DNA from: a virus
Lineage: Duplodnaviria > Caudoviricetes
Direction: 5' to 3' (one strand)
DNA length: 64,000 bases
Virus record (IMG/VR): IMGVR_UViG_3300037067_021792
The first letter of the stretch is position 1; every line of letters starts with the position of its first letter. Below the pieces are notes generated by a model. It was given only the letters and a program-made list of their open reading frames with translations, was not told the origin of the DNA and ran no database searches. Shown one piece after another: positions 42,466 through 52,090 of this stretch. The position numbers and the translations under genes are program-made.

Positions 42466-43906
42466 TTATTTAAATATAGAAAGACAAATAATTCATCTAA
42501 TGCTACATAACCTTCCATCTATAGATGAAATGCTTGAAGGCGGATTCGGTCCAGAGTTTTTTGATCCAATCCATCAATATCTTGTCCGTGCTATTTTTGA
42601 TGAGTATGATTCAAGTGGGCACAAGAGACTATTGACAAGAGACGCATATCGGCAGAAATTGAAAGATGATAATATTTTAGGTGACTCGATTGCAAGATTG
42701 AGTATTCATGATAAATGTAGCGTAGGAGTATACACTGACTCAAACGATTTGGGGATGCTTAAAAAACAATTAGTAGAAGCGTTCATGGCTAGAAATGGAC
42801 AAAAATATATCCAGCAATTTGCCGATGAATCAAAAGACAAAGGGTTTCTCGCCGCATCTCAAAATCTCATGGATAGAATGCAAACGTCTCTTGGGATAAC
42901 CGAGACAAGAAGAGTGGTGTACTCATCTGTTAAAGATTTAAAATCCGAGTATATTAAGGAAATAAACGAAATGAAAGAAAATCCATCTGCGTTGATTAGG
43001 TGTGGTATACCAGAAATAGATGATGTTGTAAATATTGGATTTAAACCACAGCATTTAACTTTGTTCGTGGCCGATGTTGGTGGTCACAAAAGCAATATGA
43101 TGATTAATATTGCAATAAATCTCGCTAAATTAAAACACGATGTATTATTTGTTCCACTAGAAATGAATCGATTTGATTTAATGAACAGAATAATATGTAA
43201 TGAAACCGGGATTGACAACTCTTTATTATTTCATCCAGAAAAAATGTCTGCCGAAGATATGCATCTGATAGATTCTCACGAAATGTGGAACGGGTATATG
43301 CAATATTTCCACATTTTGGATGCCGATGAGCGAACTACTGTTTCTGCACTAAAAAGAGAAATAGAAAATAAAGCTATGATTGTTAAACCAAAGGTTGTAA
43401 TAATAGATTACGTTGATAATCTGCAATCTGATATATTGTATGGTCAAAAACACATAGAAATAGGTGAAATACTCAAATCATTACGATTTCTTGGTAAAAA
43501 ACACAAGTTTCATACTATTAGCGCCGCCCAAATGGGACGGGCAGCAATCAAGGCTTTGCGTGAGGGCAAATCAGATGCGGTTGATTCTACGTCAATACAT
43601 GGGTCACATCAATATTCGGCGGATTCCGATACCATATTTGCATTAATGAAAGTTCCTAACGAAATAAACAGAATAAAAGTATATACCATTAAAGCCAGAC
43701 ATGGTCCGTCGGGTCAAACTCAGGAATTAAAAGTAGATCCAACAAAATTTAGAATATATAGTACCAAATATGCGGTGGATAGTTTGGTTGATACGGGCAT
43801 AGATATTGTTTCGTCAATGGATATTTCGGAGTCAGAGATAAAATCTGGTACTTCTGAGGAGATAAGTTTTAACAACATACTAGACTTAGATGATGAATTG
43901 TCATGA
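42452..43906 (+). CDS. dnaB: Replicative DNA helicase DnaB-like
   Basis: IERQII...FFDPIHQ N-domain, CGIPEID, PLEM, VVIIDYVD, SAAQMGR, KARHG; variant Walker A ADVGGHKS. Confidence 0.85.
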   Translation: MSKDNYLNIERQIIHLMLHNLPSIDEMLEGGFGPEFFDPIHQYLVRAIFDEYDSSGHKRLLTRDAYRQKLKDDNILGDSIARLSIHDKCSVGVYTDSNDLGMLKKQLVEAFMARNGQKYIQQFADESKDKGFLAASQNLMDRMQTSLGITETRRVVYSSVKDLKSEYIKEINEMKENPSALIRCGIPEIDDVVNIGFKPQHLTLFVADVGGHKSNMMINIAINLAKLKHDVLFVPLEMNRFDLMNRIICNETGIDNSLLFHPEKMSAEDMHLIDSHEMWNGYMQYFHILDADERTTVSALKREIENKAMIVKPKVVIIDYVDNLQSDILYGQKHIEIGEILKSLRFLGKKHKFHTISAAQMGRAAIKALREGKSDAVDSTSIHGSHQYSADSDTIFALMKVPNEINRIKVYTIKARHGPSGQTQELKVDPTKFRIYSTKYAVDSLVDTGIDIVSSMDISESEIKSGTSEEISFNNILDLDDELS

Positions 43907-44529
43907 GAATTATATTATTAAACGATGTAAGTACCGATTTGGAACAATTTAATAGTAGCATTGTGCTAGGTGATATTGATGTTCCAGTGAATGATGTCGG
44001 GAGACAAGAATCGATAATTATTGGCAAACACTTGTCAACAGAGACAATTCATTTAGTTGTGTCTAGTCCTGCTGATAGATTAATCAAGCTTCTACATAAT
44101 CTGCGGCAACGTGAGGACTCGCCCGTATTAGCCCGAACGAGTTCATCAATTCCTGTTTATATTAGCTCTGACCTTAAAGAGAGAAGCTTCGGAGTTCTTA
44201 ACGGAACAAATATTCAATCAGAATCCAGTATATTTACGCATACGAGAGTATGTGCAGAGGGTGGCGAGTCGGTTGAACAATGTCGGATACGAGTGCGCAA
44301 TTGTATCGATTCTTATTGTGACAAATATATCGATAAGAATATAGTATTTGTGTCTCATCCACATTTGTGCCAAATCTTATTTAATTCACTTACGAACAAA
44401 GACCCGAGTTATGTATCTGGTTTTTGGAAACTTAAAGGTTCCTGTGCGTTTTTTGACTATAGTGATTCGACATGGAATCTTGAGAAGTCATATAATATAG
44501 TGCAACACGAGAAGAGAGTTAACCCATGA
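43903..44529 (+). CDS. Histidine phosphatase (phosphoglycerate mutase-like) fold protein with degenerate active site
   Basis: DVPVNDVGRQE, SSP, LKERSFG, GGES, VSH present; RHG replaced by LND. Confidence 0.7.
   Translation: MRIILLNDVSTDLEQFNSSIVLGDIDVPVNDVGRQESIIIGKHLSTETIHLVVSSPADRLIKLLHNLRQREDSPVLARTSSSIPVYISSDLKERSFGVLNGTNIQSESSIFTHTRVCAEGGESVEQCRIRVRNCIDSYCDKYIDKNIVFVSHPHLCQILFNSLTNKDPSYVSGFWKLKGSCAFFDYSDSTWNLEKSYNIVQHEKRVNP
44467..44496 (+). promoter_or_regulatory. Possible sigma70 promoter TCGACA-N18-TATAAT
   Basis: About 30 nt upstream of ATG 44526. Confidence 0.35.
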
Positions 44530-45137
44530 GTGAACAATCTCTAATACATGCGATCCTTAAAAAGAAATCGATAGTTGAGTATCTAGAGAAAAGAGGTCAT
44601 CAGCCATATAAGTCACTTAGCGGCGGAAAACTACAATATTTGTGCCCATTTCCAGACCATAAAGAAAACAAGCCATCTTTTGTGGTTTGGACTAATGATG
44701 AATTTGAAAAATTCTATTGCTTCGGATGCCAGAGAAACTATAATATAATTAATCTGGTTGCTGGATTAGAAGGAATATCTTTTAGAGACGCCGTTGAAAT
44801 CTTGGGCGACGGCATGGAAATAGGCATACATGAAAGCATCGAAATAGAATTAGAACGTATATCAAAACATACGGGCAACATAGACAGGGATATGGGCATG
44901 CCAGAAACTCTACTTTCGATTAGTAATTTGTGCCGATCTTATTTAGACGGAGTAAAAAACGATCCAGAAGAGCAAAATCTGATAGACAAACTGTTTTCTG
45001 TAATAGACAGCGATGTTAGAGAATTTAAATTTGATGAAGTATCTCAAACGCTTATTAATCTCCCGTCCGTGTTATATAAGAAGCAACAGAAGTTCTATCG
45101 CGAAAAGAAATCTAACTATGTGCCAGAAGATAGATAA
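44526..45137 (+). CDS. Primase CHC2 zinc-binding domain protein (no TOPRIM)
   Basis: CPFPDHKENKPSF...FYCFGC...EGISFRDAVEIL, then a helical tail. Confidence 0.85.
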   Translation: MSEQSLIHAILKKKSIVEYLEKRGHQPYKSLSGGKLQYLCPFPDHKENKPSFVVWTNDEFEKFYCFGCQRNYNIINLVAGLEGISFRDAVEILGDGMEIGIHESIEIELERISKHTGNIDRDMGMPETLLSISNLCRSYLDGVKNDPEEQNLIDKLFSVIDSDVREFKFDEVSQTLINLPSVLYKKQQKFYREKKSNYVPEDR

Positions 45138-45714
45138 TTATACGAAATATGGCATTACCAGAAGTAAGTTCGATAAGGATTCGTATGACAAATACGACCA
45201 TAAAGCACGGTCTGTTGTAAGACGATTCGCGGAATCTTATGGATGGGATGTTAAGGACAACGATTTGATCGACTGCCAGCAGCCAGATATTTTGGCTATC
45301 AAAAATAATCGCCAAGTTTATATAGAAGCAGAAATGAAAAACAAAAGAAACTGGAGCAAAATAGAAAACGATGGATATATCCAGATTCCAGCAAGAAAAA
45401 TGGATTATATTCCAGGGAGTGGAGAAAAATTATTTGTCCATTGCATGGTTTGTAGTGATGAAAAGGAAATATATATAACAACACAGTTGGCGTTTTACGG
45501 GATGGGATTTGATAAGAACAAAAATGGATGCTGGTTACATTGCAGAAAGTGCAAGCAAGTGGACCCGGACGGAAAAGTAAAAGACAGGGGTAACGACACT
45601 TTTATGTGCATTCCTTATAAATACTTGTCATTATATAAGTTTGTCGATGAGAAATGGATCAAATTCAAGCAGCCAGAGAAAGTTCCGTATGATTATAAAA
45701 CGTGTAGGAGGTAA
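45118..45714 (+). CDS. Putative PD-(D/E)xK nuclease
   Basis: QPDILA...IEAEMK motif; likely ATG 45118 within ORF 45013..45714; overlaps the MTase start. Confidence 0.55.
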   Translation: MCQKIDNYTKYGITRSKFDKDSYDKYDHKARSVVRRFAESYGWDVKDNDLIDCQQPDILAIKNNRQVYIEAEMKNKRNWSKIENDGYIQIPARKMDYIPGSGEKLFVHCMVCSDEKEIYITTQLAFYGMGFDKNKNGCWLHCRKCKQVDPDGKVKDRGNDTFMCIPYKYLSLYKFVDEKWIKFKQPEKVPYDYKTCRR

Positions 45715-46567
45715 ATACAAAATCACTGATTGGATTTGTGACAATATTCCATCCGGAAATATTTTTGTGGATGTTTTCGGAGGATCTGGTGTTGTTTTGG
45801 ATTCTGTAATGAGTAGGTTCCAAAACGTTCCTCGTCAGGATATGAGGTTTGTGTTTAATGATCTTGACGACAAGATTTACAATTTGTTCAAAGTACTACG
45901 GGATAATCCGCTAAAATTGGCATATCAAATATTATCAACACCCTATAGTCGTAAAGAATTCAATGCTGCAATAGGTATTTTGAGCAGCTCTCAATACCGG
46001 TTGCTTGATGACATTGAAAGGGCAAGAATTTTCGTAATCGCCAACCGCCAGAGCTTTGGTGCCACAATGTCCAAACCCTGGAGTATAACCAAAGATGGGG
46101 AGATTAATTACAAAACCTGGGATCAAATGCCTGATATAATAGTTGAAACTGCAAAGAAATGGAAATCAGTATATTTAGAATGCTTGGACTATAAACAAAT
46201 CCTTGATAAATGGGATAGTGAAAGGACAGTATTTTATTTAGATCCTCCATATGAGGGGGTGGAAAAATCATATTATGATGTTAACAAAGACCACGGGTTT
46301 GATCATATTGAAATGTTCAAGGCATTACAGCAGATTCGAGGATCATATGCTGTGAGTTATTATGGCGGCGACGATGAAAACCATGATACAGATGTGGTTA
46401 GAAAATATATCGAATCTGGATGTAGGGATATTAGACTAGCAGTTAAAAAACACCTAGCTAAATCTGACAAAAAAACATCGGCCACGGAGATTCTACTTGT
46501 TAAGGGTAAACACCGTCGCATTAAAGCGAAGAACGGATACCAGGTTGGGGATATTTTTGGAGTATAA
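45689..46567 (+). CDS. Dam-family (D12) DNA adenine methyltransferase
   Basis: RVGGK, FVDVFGGSG, FNDLD, FYLDPPY, SY, TEILL; ATG 45689. Confidence 0.9.
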   Translation: MIIKRVGGKYKITDWICDNIPSGNIFVDVFGGSGVVLDSVMSRFQNVPRQDMRFVFNDLDDKIYNLFKVLRDNPLKLAYQILSTPYSRKEFNAAIGILSSSQYRLLDDIERARIFVIANRQSFGATMSKPWSITKDGEINYKTWDQMPDIIVETAKKWKSVYLECLDYKQILDKWDSERTVFYLDPPYEGVEKSYYDVNKDHGFDHIEMFKALQQIRGSYAVSYYGGDDENHDTDVVRKYIESGCRDIRLAVKKHLAKSDKKTSATEILLVKGKHRRIKAKNGYQVGDIFGV

Positions 46568-46568
46568 A

Positions 46569-46865
46569 ATGTGGATGAAAATAAAAGATAGAAAATGGGA
46601 ATTAAAACATAATAATGTTGTATTGGCAACCATATTTCACAGGCCCACTGATGGGTTGTGGTCCTTGTATATTTCATCTCCAATAATATATGAGTATCAC
46701 CATATAACAGGAAAAACCCATAGATTTCAGTCAATGAAAGAGGCACAGCAGGCATTTCTGGAGTTAGGTACAAAAATGGCGCTACCTTGGTGTAGGTCAA
46801 TGGTAGATTATTTCTCATCAGAGCAAAAGGAACACTATTGTTTTCAGGAAAACTCCGAAGTATAA
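46569..46865 (+). CDS. Hypothetical protein
   Basis: ATG 46569 immediately after the MTase stop, within ORF 46497..46865. Confidence 0.55.
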   Translation: MWMKIKDRKWELKHNNVVLATIFHRPTDGLWSLYISSPIIYEYHHITGKTHRFQSMKEAQQAFLELGTKMALPWCRSMVDYFSSEQKEHYCFQENSEV

Positions 46866-46866
46866 T
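46838..46866 (+). promoter_or_regulatory. Possible sigma70 promoter TTGTTT-N17-TATAAT, leaderless udg
   Basis: ATG 46872 is 5 nt after the -10 box; no SD. Confidence 0.4.
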
Positions 46867-46871
46867 ATGGC

Positions 46872-47603
46872 ATGGACTATATCCGCAGAAATATTAACAA
46901 CCCGTCAGATGAGTATTATAAATTCTGCGAAGAGAAACTCAAATGTCAGTGTTGCCAAATATTTGATTGTGCAAAACAGCCTGTCATCTCAGAGGGCAAT
47001 GGGAATAACCCAATTTTTGTTATAGTAGGCGAATGCCCCGGCAAGGATGAAAGCGATGCTGTTAGGCCATTCATAGGTCGTGCCGGACAGCGACTAAGGG
47101 AGGAACTCCGTAAGTACTCAAAAACTTTTAACCGGAAGACTTGTTTAATTACAAATGTTATGGCATGTAGGCCGGAAAATAATGAATTTCCGCGTATCTC
47201 TGAATGCTTCGAAATTAGATGTGGAGCCAAATATACAGTCAAAGGACGAGAATTGGTAAACTTCTGTGCAACCAAGTGGCTGCGTAAAGAAATCAAAATG
47301 TTGAATCCCAAGGTTATTATTACACTTGGGTCTAAGTCTCTAGAATATGTTAGAGGGGATTCCGGAATTACGTCTAATCGTGGTGCTTGGAAGTTTTTAC
47401 CCGAATATAAAGCATGGTCTTTTGCTACTTATCACCCATCATATGTTCTGCGTTGTAGCAACGACCCAAACAAAGAATACGTCGTAGAGCAGTTCGAAGA
47501 TGATTTTAAAACAATATCCGAAACGTGGTTTTTGACGGTCAATAATGATCCGTGTATAAAAATGTCTCCACAGGACTGGGAGCTTGAGAAGTCGATAGTA
47601 TGA
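46872..47603 (+). CDS. udg: Uracil-DNA glycosylase family 4 (Fe-S)
   Basis: CQCC, VGECPGKDE, PFIGRAGQRL, NVMACRPENN, ITLG, TYHPSY. Confidence 0.9.
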   Translation: MDYIRRNINNPSDEYYKFCEEKLKCQCCQIFDCAKQPVISEGNGNNPIFVIVGECPGKDESDAVRPFIGRAGQRLREELRKYSKTFNRKTCLITNVMACRPENNEFPRISECFEIRCGAKYTVKGRELVNFCATKWLRKEIKMLNPKVIITLGSKSLEYVRGDSGITSNRGAWKFLPEYKAWSFATYHPSYVLRCSNDPNKEYVVEQFEDDFKTISETWFLTVNNDPCIKMSPQDWELEKSIV

Positions 47604-48034
47604 TTGAGTTTAGTGATCCAACTGTTATTGAAGGACATGGAAATTATCTTTTAATAAAAGAAATCATGAATGCTCCACAGTGGATGCTAGAGACAAATGC
47701 TACAGTAATAGAGTCGGATATAATCGGGAATTACGTTTTGCATCTGTGGGAAAATGGTACGGTTATGATAATGAATACAGATCATCCAATAATAATCGAT
47801 GCTCCGGATAGTGACTTGCGCCGCATTAGAGAGTGGTGTGAAATCAATGGATGGAATCTACCATTAATTAGTAATTATTTAATAGATGATCAGCAGGGTT
47901 TTGATTTTTGGCTGAGAATGTATCAATCTGGAATTATTCGTAATGATAAATTACAAAAATACGATGATGATGATATGAAAAGATTGTCTGATATAAACAA
48001 GGAGACAGAAGATGTCCATCAAAGAGAAGTCTAA
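47600..48034 (+). CDS. Hypothetical protein
   Basis: 144 aa, ATGA-coupled. Confidence 0.65.
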   Translation: MIEFSDPTVIEGHGNYLLIKEIMNAPQWMLETNATVIESDIIGNYVLHLWENGTVMIMNTDHPIIIDAPDSDLRRIREWCEINGWNLPLISNYLIDDQQGFDFWLRMYQSGIIRNDKLQKYDDDDMKRLSDINKETEDVHQREV

Positions 48035-48587
48035 ATTTGTGAAACATGAGTTTGAATATTCCAGTCCAGATGGGGACAAATGGGATTTTGTTATTGTAGA
48101 GTATCTCGGCAACAAATTTGTTCAATTTCAAAAAATAGCGGATGATCCGCAAAATCGCCCCGATCCAACTACCATTGATGGCAATATGCTATTAGACATG
48201 GCAGATGCTTACAGGAAGGTATTTTCTATGATCTCATCGTCTTTGACATCAAATCCGGCAGCAGTGGCGGGTTTGAGAACCCCTGTTATACAAGATCATC
48301 GATTGTCGGCAGCAATACAATCTAGTGTTGATGAAACCATGAAAAACCAAGATCCGGATGTTAAACCTTTTCAAACTCTTTCTAATGAGAAGGCAGAGTA
48401 TGCTAAGTTTAGAACCGGACTTGATATAGAGAACAGAGGAGACGTTCCAGAAACACCACCAGAATACGAAATAAAAGAAAACGAAGGGGTCCAATGGAAA
48501 AAAGATGTTATAGACAGAAAACACAAAAAAATTCAGATTAATCCAGAATCAGAAATTAAAAGAGTGGGCGCAGGGGATCTAATATAA
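48012..48587 (+). CDS. Hypothetical protein
   Basis: 191 aa, AAGGAG SD. Confidence 0.7.
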   Translation: MSIKEKSKFVKHEFEYSSPDGDKWDFVIVEYLGNKFVQFQKIADDPQNRPDPTTIDGNMLLDMADAYRKVFSMISSSLTSNPAAVAGLRTPVIQDHRLSAAIQSSVDETMKNQDPDVKPFQTLSNEKAEYAKFRTGLDIENRGDVPETPPEYEIKENEGVQWKKDVIDRKHKKIQINPESEIKRVGAGDLI

Positions 48588-48863
48588 ATGGATTACGATT
48601 GTCAACTGGCCATAATTGACAAACTACCAGTTGGAGCAATTGGGACAATACCCCCATTATGCAATGACTGTAAAACGCCGGACTGCACCAATCCTATAAG
48701 AGAATTTACCATTTCTGTTTTTGGAATTCCCCGAAAGATGCGACTGTGGGTTGTGAACAATCAAATCAGGCAGGTCGTTTCATGCAAAGGATATGTTGGA
48801 GAAAAAGATGTCGTTTTGGACCCAGAGGATGAATTTGAAGAAGAACCTGATAAAACAGTATAA
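48588..48863 (+). CDS. Small Cys-rich hypothetical protein
   Basis: CNDC..DC...SC, acidic tail; abuts the previous stop. Confidence 0.6.
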   Translation: MDYDCQLAIIDKLPVGAIGTIPPLCNDCKTPDCTNPIREFTISVFGIPRKMRLWVVNNQIRQVVSCKGYVGEKDVVLDPEDEFEEEPDKTV

Positions 48864-49632
48864 TGAATATGTATCGGAATTAAATAGCAATGTTGATAAA
48901 ATAATCAAAAGCAAATCTACAGTCAGAAGACACATTGTTGATTTTCCGGCAGTTCAGCAATATTTACATGGAGTATTTCCCGATGTTGATGTGTCTGATA
49001 TTCCCATATATTTGACCACACCTGGGATTATGAGAAAGTATGGGATGTATGGGTGTATGGGATGTTATGTCACCAATTTAAAAGTTATTGTAATGCAGAA
49101 TATTATCACAACAAAATACAAATTGAGTGACAAGTTCAGTCAATTGCTTCAAGACGAGATGAAGATACAAGTAGATGTCGAGGATGTTGTCGTGCATGAA
49201 ATGCTTCATGCTATTTCCCATAAAATCAATCGTCCCGGCAGAAAGTTTACATTTAATGAAGAGGAATTCGTGTATACTAATTGCGTGGACTTTTATAGAA
49301 AAAAAATGTCAGAAGATGCGATTGTGTCCGGAACTATGCTGCCATTCTGTGTGAATGATATTATGAAGGATAAATCAGCGATGATAAAAATATGGGAAGA
49401 CATTGGATATCCGAAGATATACTCATTACCAGCAAAAAAGATAACAGAGATAGCCAACAGGCACCCTGTCGCTCTAGTCCATCGTATTATTGATGCTGCC
49501 AAAGACAGAGCAGCAAAAATGATTAAACTTTACGAACAGTATGGCAGACAATCCGTGAATGCCAATGTTGCACCAGACGATGGCGCATCACTAAGGATAC
49601 AATTTTTGGACATAGACGATTGCGATATCTAG
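48793..49632 (+). CDS. Putative zincin metallopeptidase
   Basis: VVHEMLHAISH (HExxH) and downstream EEEF; real start may be ATG 48808. Confidence 0.65.
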   Translation: MLEKKMSFWTQRMNLKKNLIKQYNEYVSELNSNVDKIIKSKSTVRRHIVDFPAVQQYLHGVFPDVDVSDIPIYLTTPGIMRKYGMYGCMGCYVTNLKVIVMQNIITTKYKLSDKFSQLLQDEMKIQVDVEDVVVHEMLHAISHKINRPGRKFTFNEEEFVYTNCVDFYRKKMSEDAIVSGTMLPFCVNDIMKDKSAMIKIWEDIGYPKIYSLPAKKITEIANRHPVALVHRIIDAAKDRAAKMIKLYEQYGRQSVNANVAPDDGASLRIQFLDIDDCDI

Positions 49633-49641
49633 GGAAACAAA

Positions 49642-50049
49642 ATGCCAATATATGAATATAAATCGATAGATGCGGACAAAGGTTGTGAATTTTGCATAAA
49701 TATATTTGAAATTCAACAAAAAATGTCAGATAATACACTAGAGAAATGTCCACAATGCGGAGCTGACATTGTCAAAATTATGTCTCTTATCGGCGGTGTT
49801 ATTATGAGTGGCAAAGAAATAAATCAATACAGCGATGTGAAGGGTGCAAAGTATTGGAGAGACAGCAACGGAGTGAGACATAAAGTCACAAATAGTGATG
49901 GCAGTTCTAAGTCGCCGACAATTTCAAATAGGAATTCAGCACCGCAGGAAACGATCAAACGGCGTAAGATGATAGATGCAGCAAAGGATAAACGAAAGAG
50001 GCGAATAGAATCCTATAATCGGGCAAAGAATGCGATATGTGGCAAATAA
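49642..50049 (+). CDS. FmdB-family zinc-ribbon protein
   Basis: MPIYEY...CEFC..FEIQQKMSD...CPQCG. Confidence 0.8.
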   Translation: MPIYEYKSIDADKGCEFCINIFEIQQKMSDNTLEKCPQCGADIVKIMSLIGGVIMSGKEINQYSDVKGAKYWRDSNGVRHKVTNSDGSSKSPTISNRNSAPQETIKRRKMIDAAKDKRKRRIESYNRAKNAICGK

Positions 50050-50380
50050 AATAACAGTGGTTAAAATTGTGGATCAACAAATTACCGATATTGATCTAAT
50101 TCGGGATATTCTGGTATTTATTAAAGAAAAAGAGCTAGATTGTGCTGTAAGGCTCCTAGAGCAAAACTTATTTAATAAAGTTAGAATTGTAAATATCGAT
50201 GGAGACGATATTACTTGTCATATTATTAAATCCAGTGCCTGTTTAAAAAAACACATAAAAATTTCTGATATAGCATATTTAGAATTAACAACCGAAGATA
50301 GGATATTGAATAACTTTAAACCAGGCACCACTAGATGGAATTTATTGAGTGCTAGTGATATAGATGAAACAGGAATTTAA
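50030..50380 (+). CDS. Hypothetical protein
   Basis: 116 aa, TAATG-coupled to dnaE-N. Confidence 0.6.
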   Translation: MRYVANKITVVKIVDQQITDIDLIRDILVFIKEKELDCAVRLLEQNLFNKVRIVNIDGDDITCHIIKSSACLKKHIKISDIAYLELTTEDRILNNFKPGTTRWNLLSASDIDETGI

Positions 50381-51672
50381 TGGTAGATTTTGTACATATA
50401 CATTCGCATTCGTCATTTTCAAAATTCGATGGCTTTTCTAAGATAGATGATACCCTAGACAAAGATGATAACATCGTCATGCCTGGCATAGTTGGCACAG
50501 CCAAGCGAATGGGCATGCCAGCAGTCGCGCTAACAGACCACGGCACCGTTGCCGGAGCAATTACATTCTTAAAAGCTTGTCGTAAGGGTGATGTAGGTAT
50601 CAAACCCATTCTGGGAATGGAAGCATACCAATCCAGAGATCACGCGTGCCATTCTACGGAAGGGCAACCAGATAAACGGCGAGGCAACAGGCATGTAATT
50701 ATCTTGGCGAAGAACTCTCAGGGATATGCCAATCTGTGCACATTATCTCAGATAGCATCCCTCGAAGGATACCATTATGATCCTCGTATTGATATCGATC
50801 TGCTCGATAAATATAAAGAGGGGCTGATTGTTTCGACCGCATGTTTATCAAATGTTGTTAACTGGAATCTATCCATAGACAGATACGAAAAAGCAAAAGC
50901 AGCAGCAGCAATCTACAAGGATATTTTTGGAGATGATTTTTATCTTGAAATGATGTATCATGGACTAGATTTGGAAGCAAAAGTATTGCCAGGTATACAA
51001 AAAATTTCCAAAGAACTCAATGTCAAATCTATTGTGACAAATGACTGTCATTATGTTGAAAAATCGCATGCTAAGTATCATGAAACGCTTATGTGTATGA
51101 GTTCGGGACGATCCATTAAAGACCCTAAACATATTAAGTTTCCATACGATGAATTTTATTTCAAATCTGGCGACGAAATGGCTGAGGTGTTCGGCCATCT
51201 GCCAAGGTCAATGGCTAATACATTAGAAATTGCTGAAAAATGTGATTACTCTGATATGAATCTCGGGCAGAGAATGTTATTGCCTAAATTTGATCTACCA
51301 GAAGGATATGCGCTTTCATTTGATTATCTAAAAGACATGGCGTGGAAAGGACTACAATCGAAAGGATTAAATGATTCAGTTCCTCACCGAGAGAGACTTC
51401 AGAGAGAACTTGATGATGTCAAGTTGATTTGGGATACACAAAAATTTGGATTTGATACATATTTTCTAATAGTGCGTGATATAATTGAATTTACTCGCAG
51501 AAAGAAAATACCCGGCGGTATTAGAGGTTCGGGATACGGATCTTTACTTTTGTACTGTCTCGGTATATCAGAAGGCGTAGACCCAGTGCGATACAATCTC
51601 CTTTGGGAACGGTTTTTGGGATTTGAATGGGCTTATAAACTATTTCGATCTGATTTTGGCATAAAAGATTGA
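50380..51672 (+). CDS. dnaE: DNA polymerase III alpha, N-terminal part (PHP domain and start of palm)
   Basis: HIHSHS, ALTDHG, IKPILGMEAY, NDCHY, RGSGYGSLLLYCLGI, LLWERFL; stops before the catalytic PDxDxD. Confidence 0.9.
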   Translation: MVDFVHIHSHSSFSKFDGFSKIDDTLDKDDNIVMPGIVGTAKRMGMPAVALTDHGTVAGAITFLKACRKGDVGIKPILGMEAYQSRDHACHSTEGQPDKRRGNRHVIILAKNSQGYANLCTLSQIASLEGYHYDPRIDIDLLDKYKEGLIVSTACLSNVVNWNLSIDRYEKAKAAAAIYKDIFGDDFYLEMMYHGLDLEAKVLPGIQKISKELNVKSIVTNDCHYVEKSHAKYHETLMCMSSGRSIKDPKHIKFPYDEFYFKSGDEMAEVFGHLPRSMANTLEIAEKCDYSDMNLGQRMLLPKFDLPEGYALSFDYLKDMAWKGLQSKGLNDSVPHRERLQRELDDVKLIWDTQKFGFDTYFLIVRDIIEFTRRKKIPGGIRGSGYGSLLLYCLGISEGVDPVRYNLLWERFLGFEWAYKLFRSDFGIKD

Positions 51673-51697
51673 TACGAATGTAGAAAATTTTTAGAAA

Positions 51698-52090
51698 GTG
51701 AACATGCTTAATATAGTCGTGACAACACCAAAATCTGAATTAGAAAATTCCAAACAAGAAGCTACTCGATGTCTCAATAATGGGGGTGGATACTATTTTC
51801 GCAGATTACCAACGCGTCCCAAAAATATAGATGTTGGGAGCAAAATATTCTATGTGGAGGATGGGTATATTCGCGGGTTTGGTGTCATAAGTGATATTGA
51901 AGACAAATCAGACGGTATGGAATGTTCTACAACGGGGACTAAGTGGCGTCCCGGCACATATGTTACCATCCCGGCTGATTCGTGGAAATGGATTAAACCG
52001 ATTCCAATGAAGGGGTTTCAGGGCTGGAGATATTTAAATAATGTAGAAGTTGAGATTGTTGGGGGATGGAAAGATCCTAAACCGGAGTGA
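51698..52090 (+). CDS. PUA-fold (ASCH/EVE/DUF1489-like) protein between the dnaE halves
   Basis: GSKIFYVEDGYIRGFGVI and terminal PMKGFQGWRYL resemble PUA/ASCH-superfamily signatures. Confidence 0.55.
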   Translation: MNMLNIVVTTPKSELENSKQEATRCLNNGGGYYFRRLPTRPKNIDVGSKIFYVEDGYIRGFGVISDIEDKSDGMECSTTGTKWRPGTYVTIPADSWKWIKPIPMKGFQGWRYLNNVEVEIVGGWKDPKPE

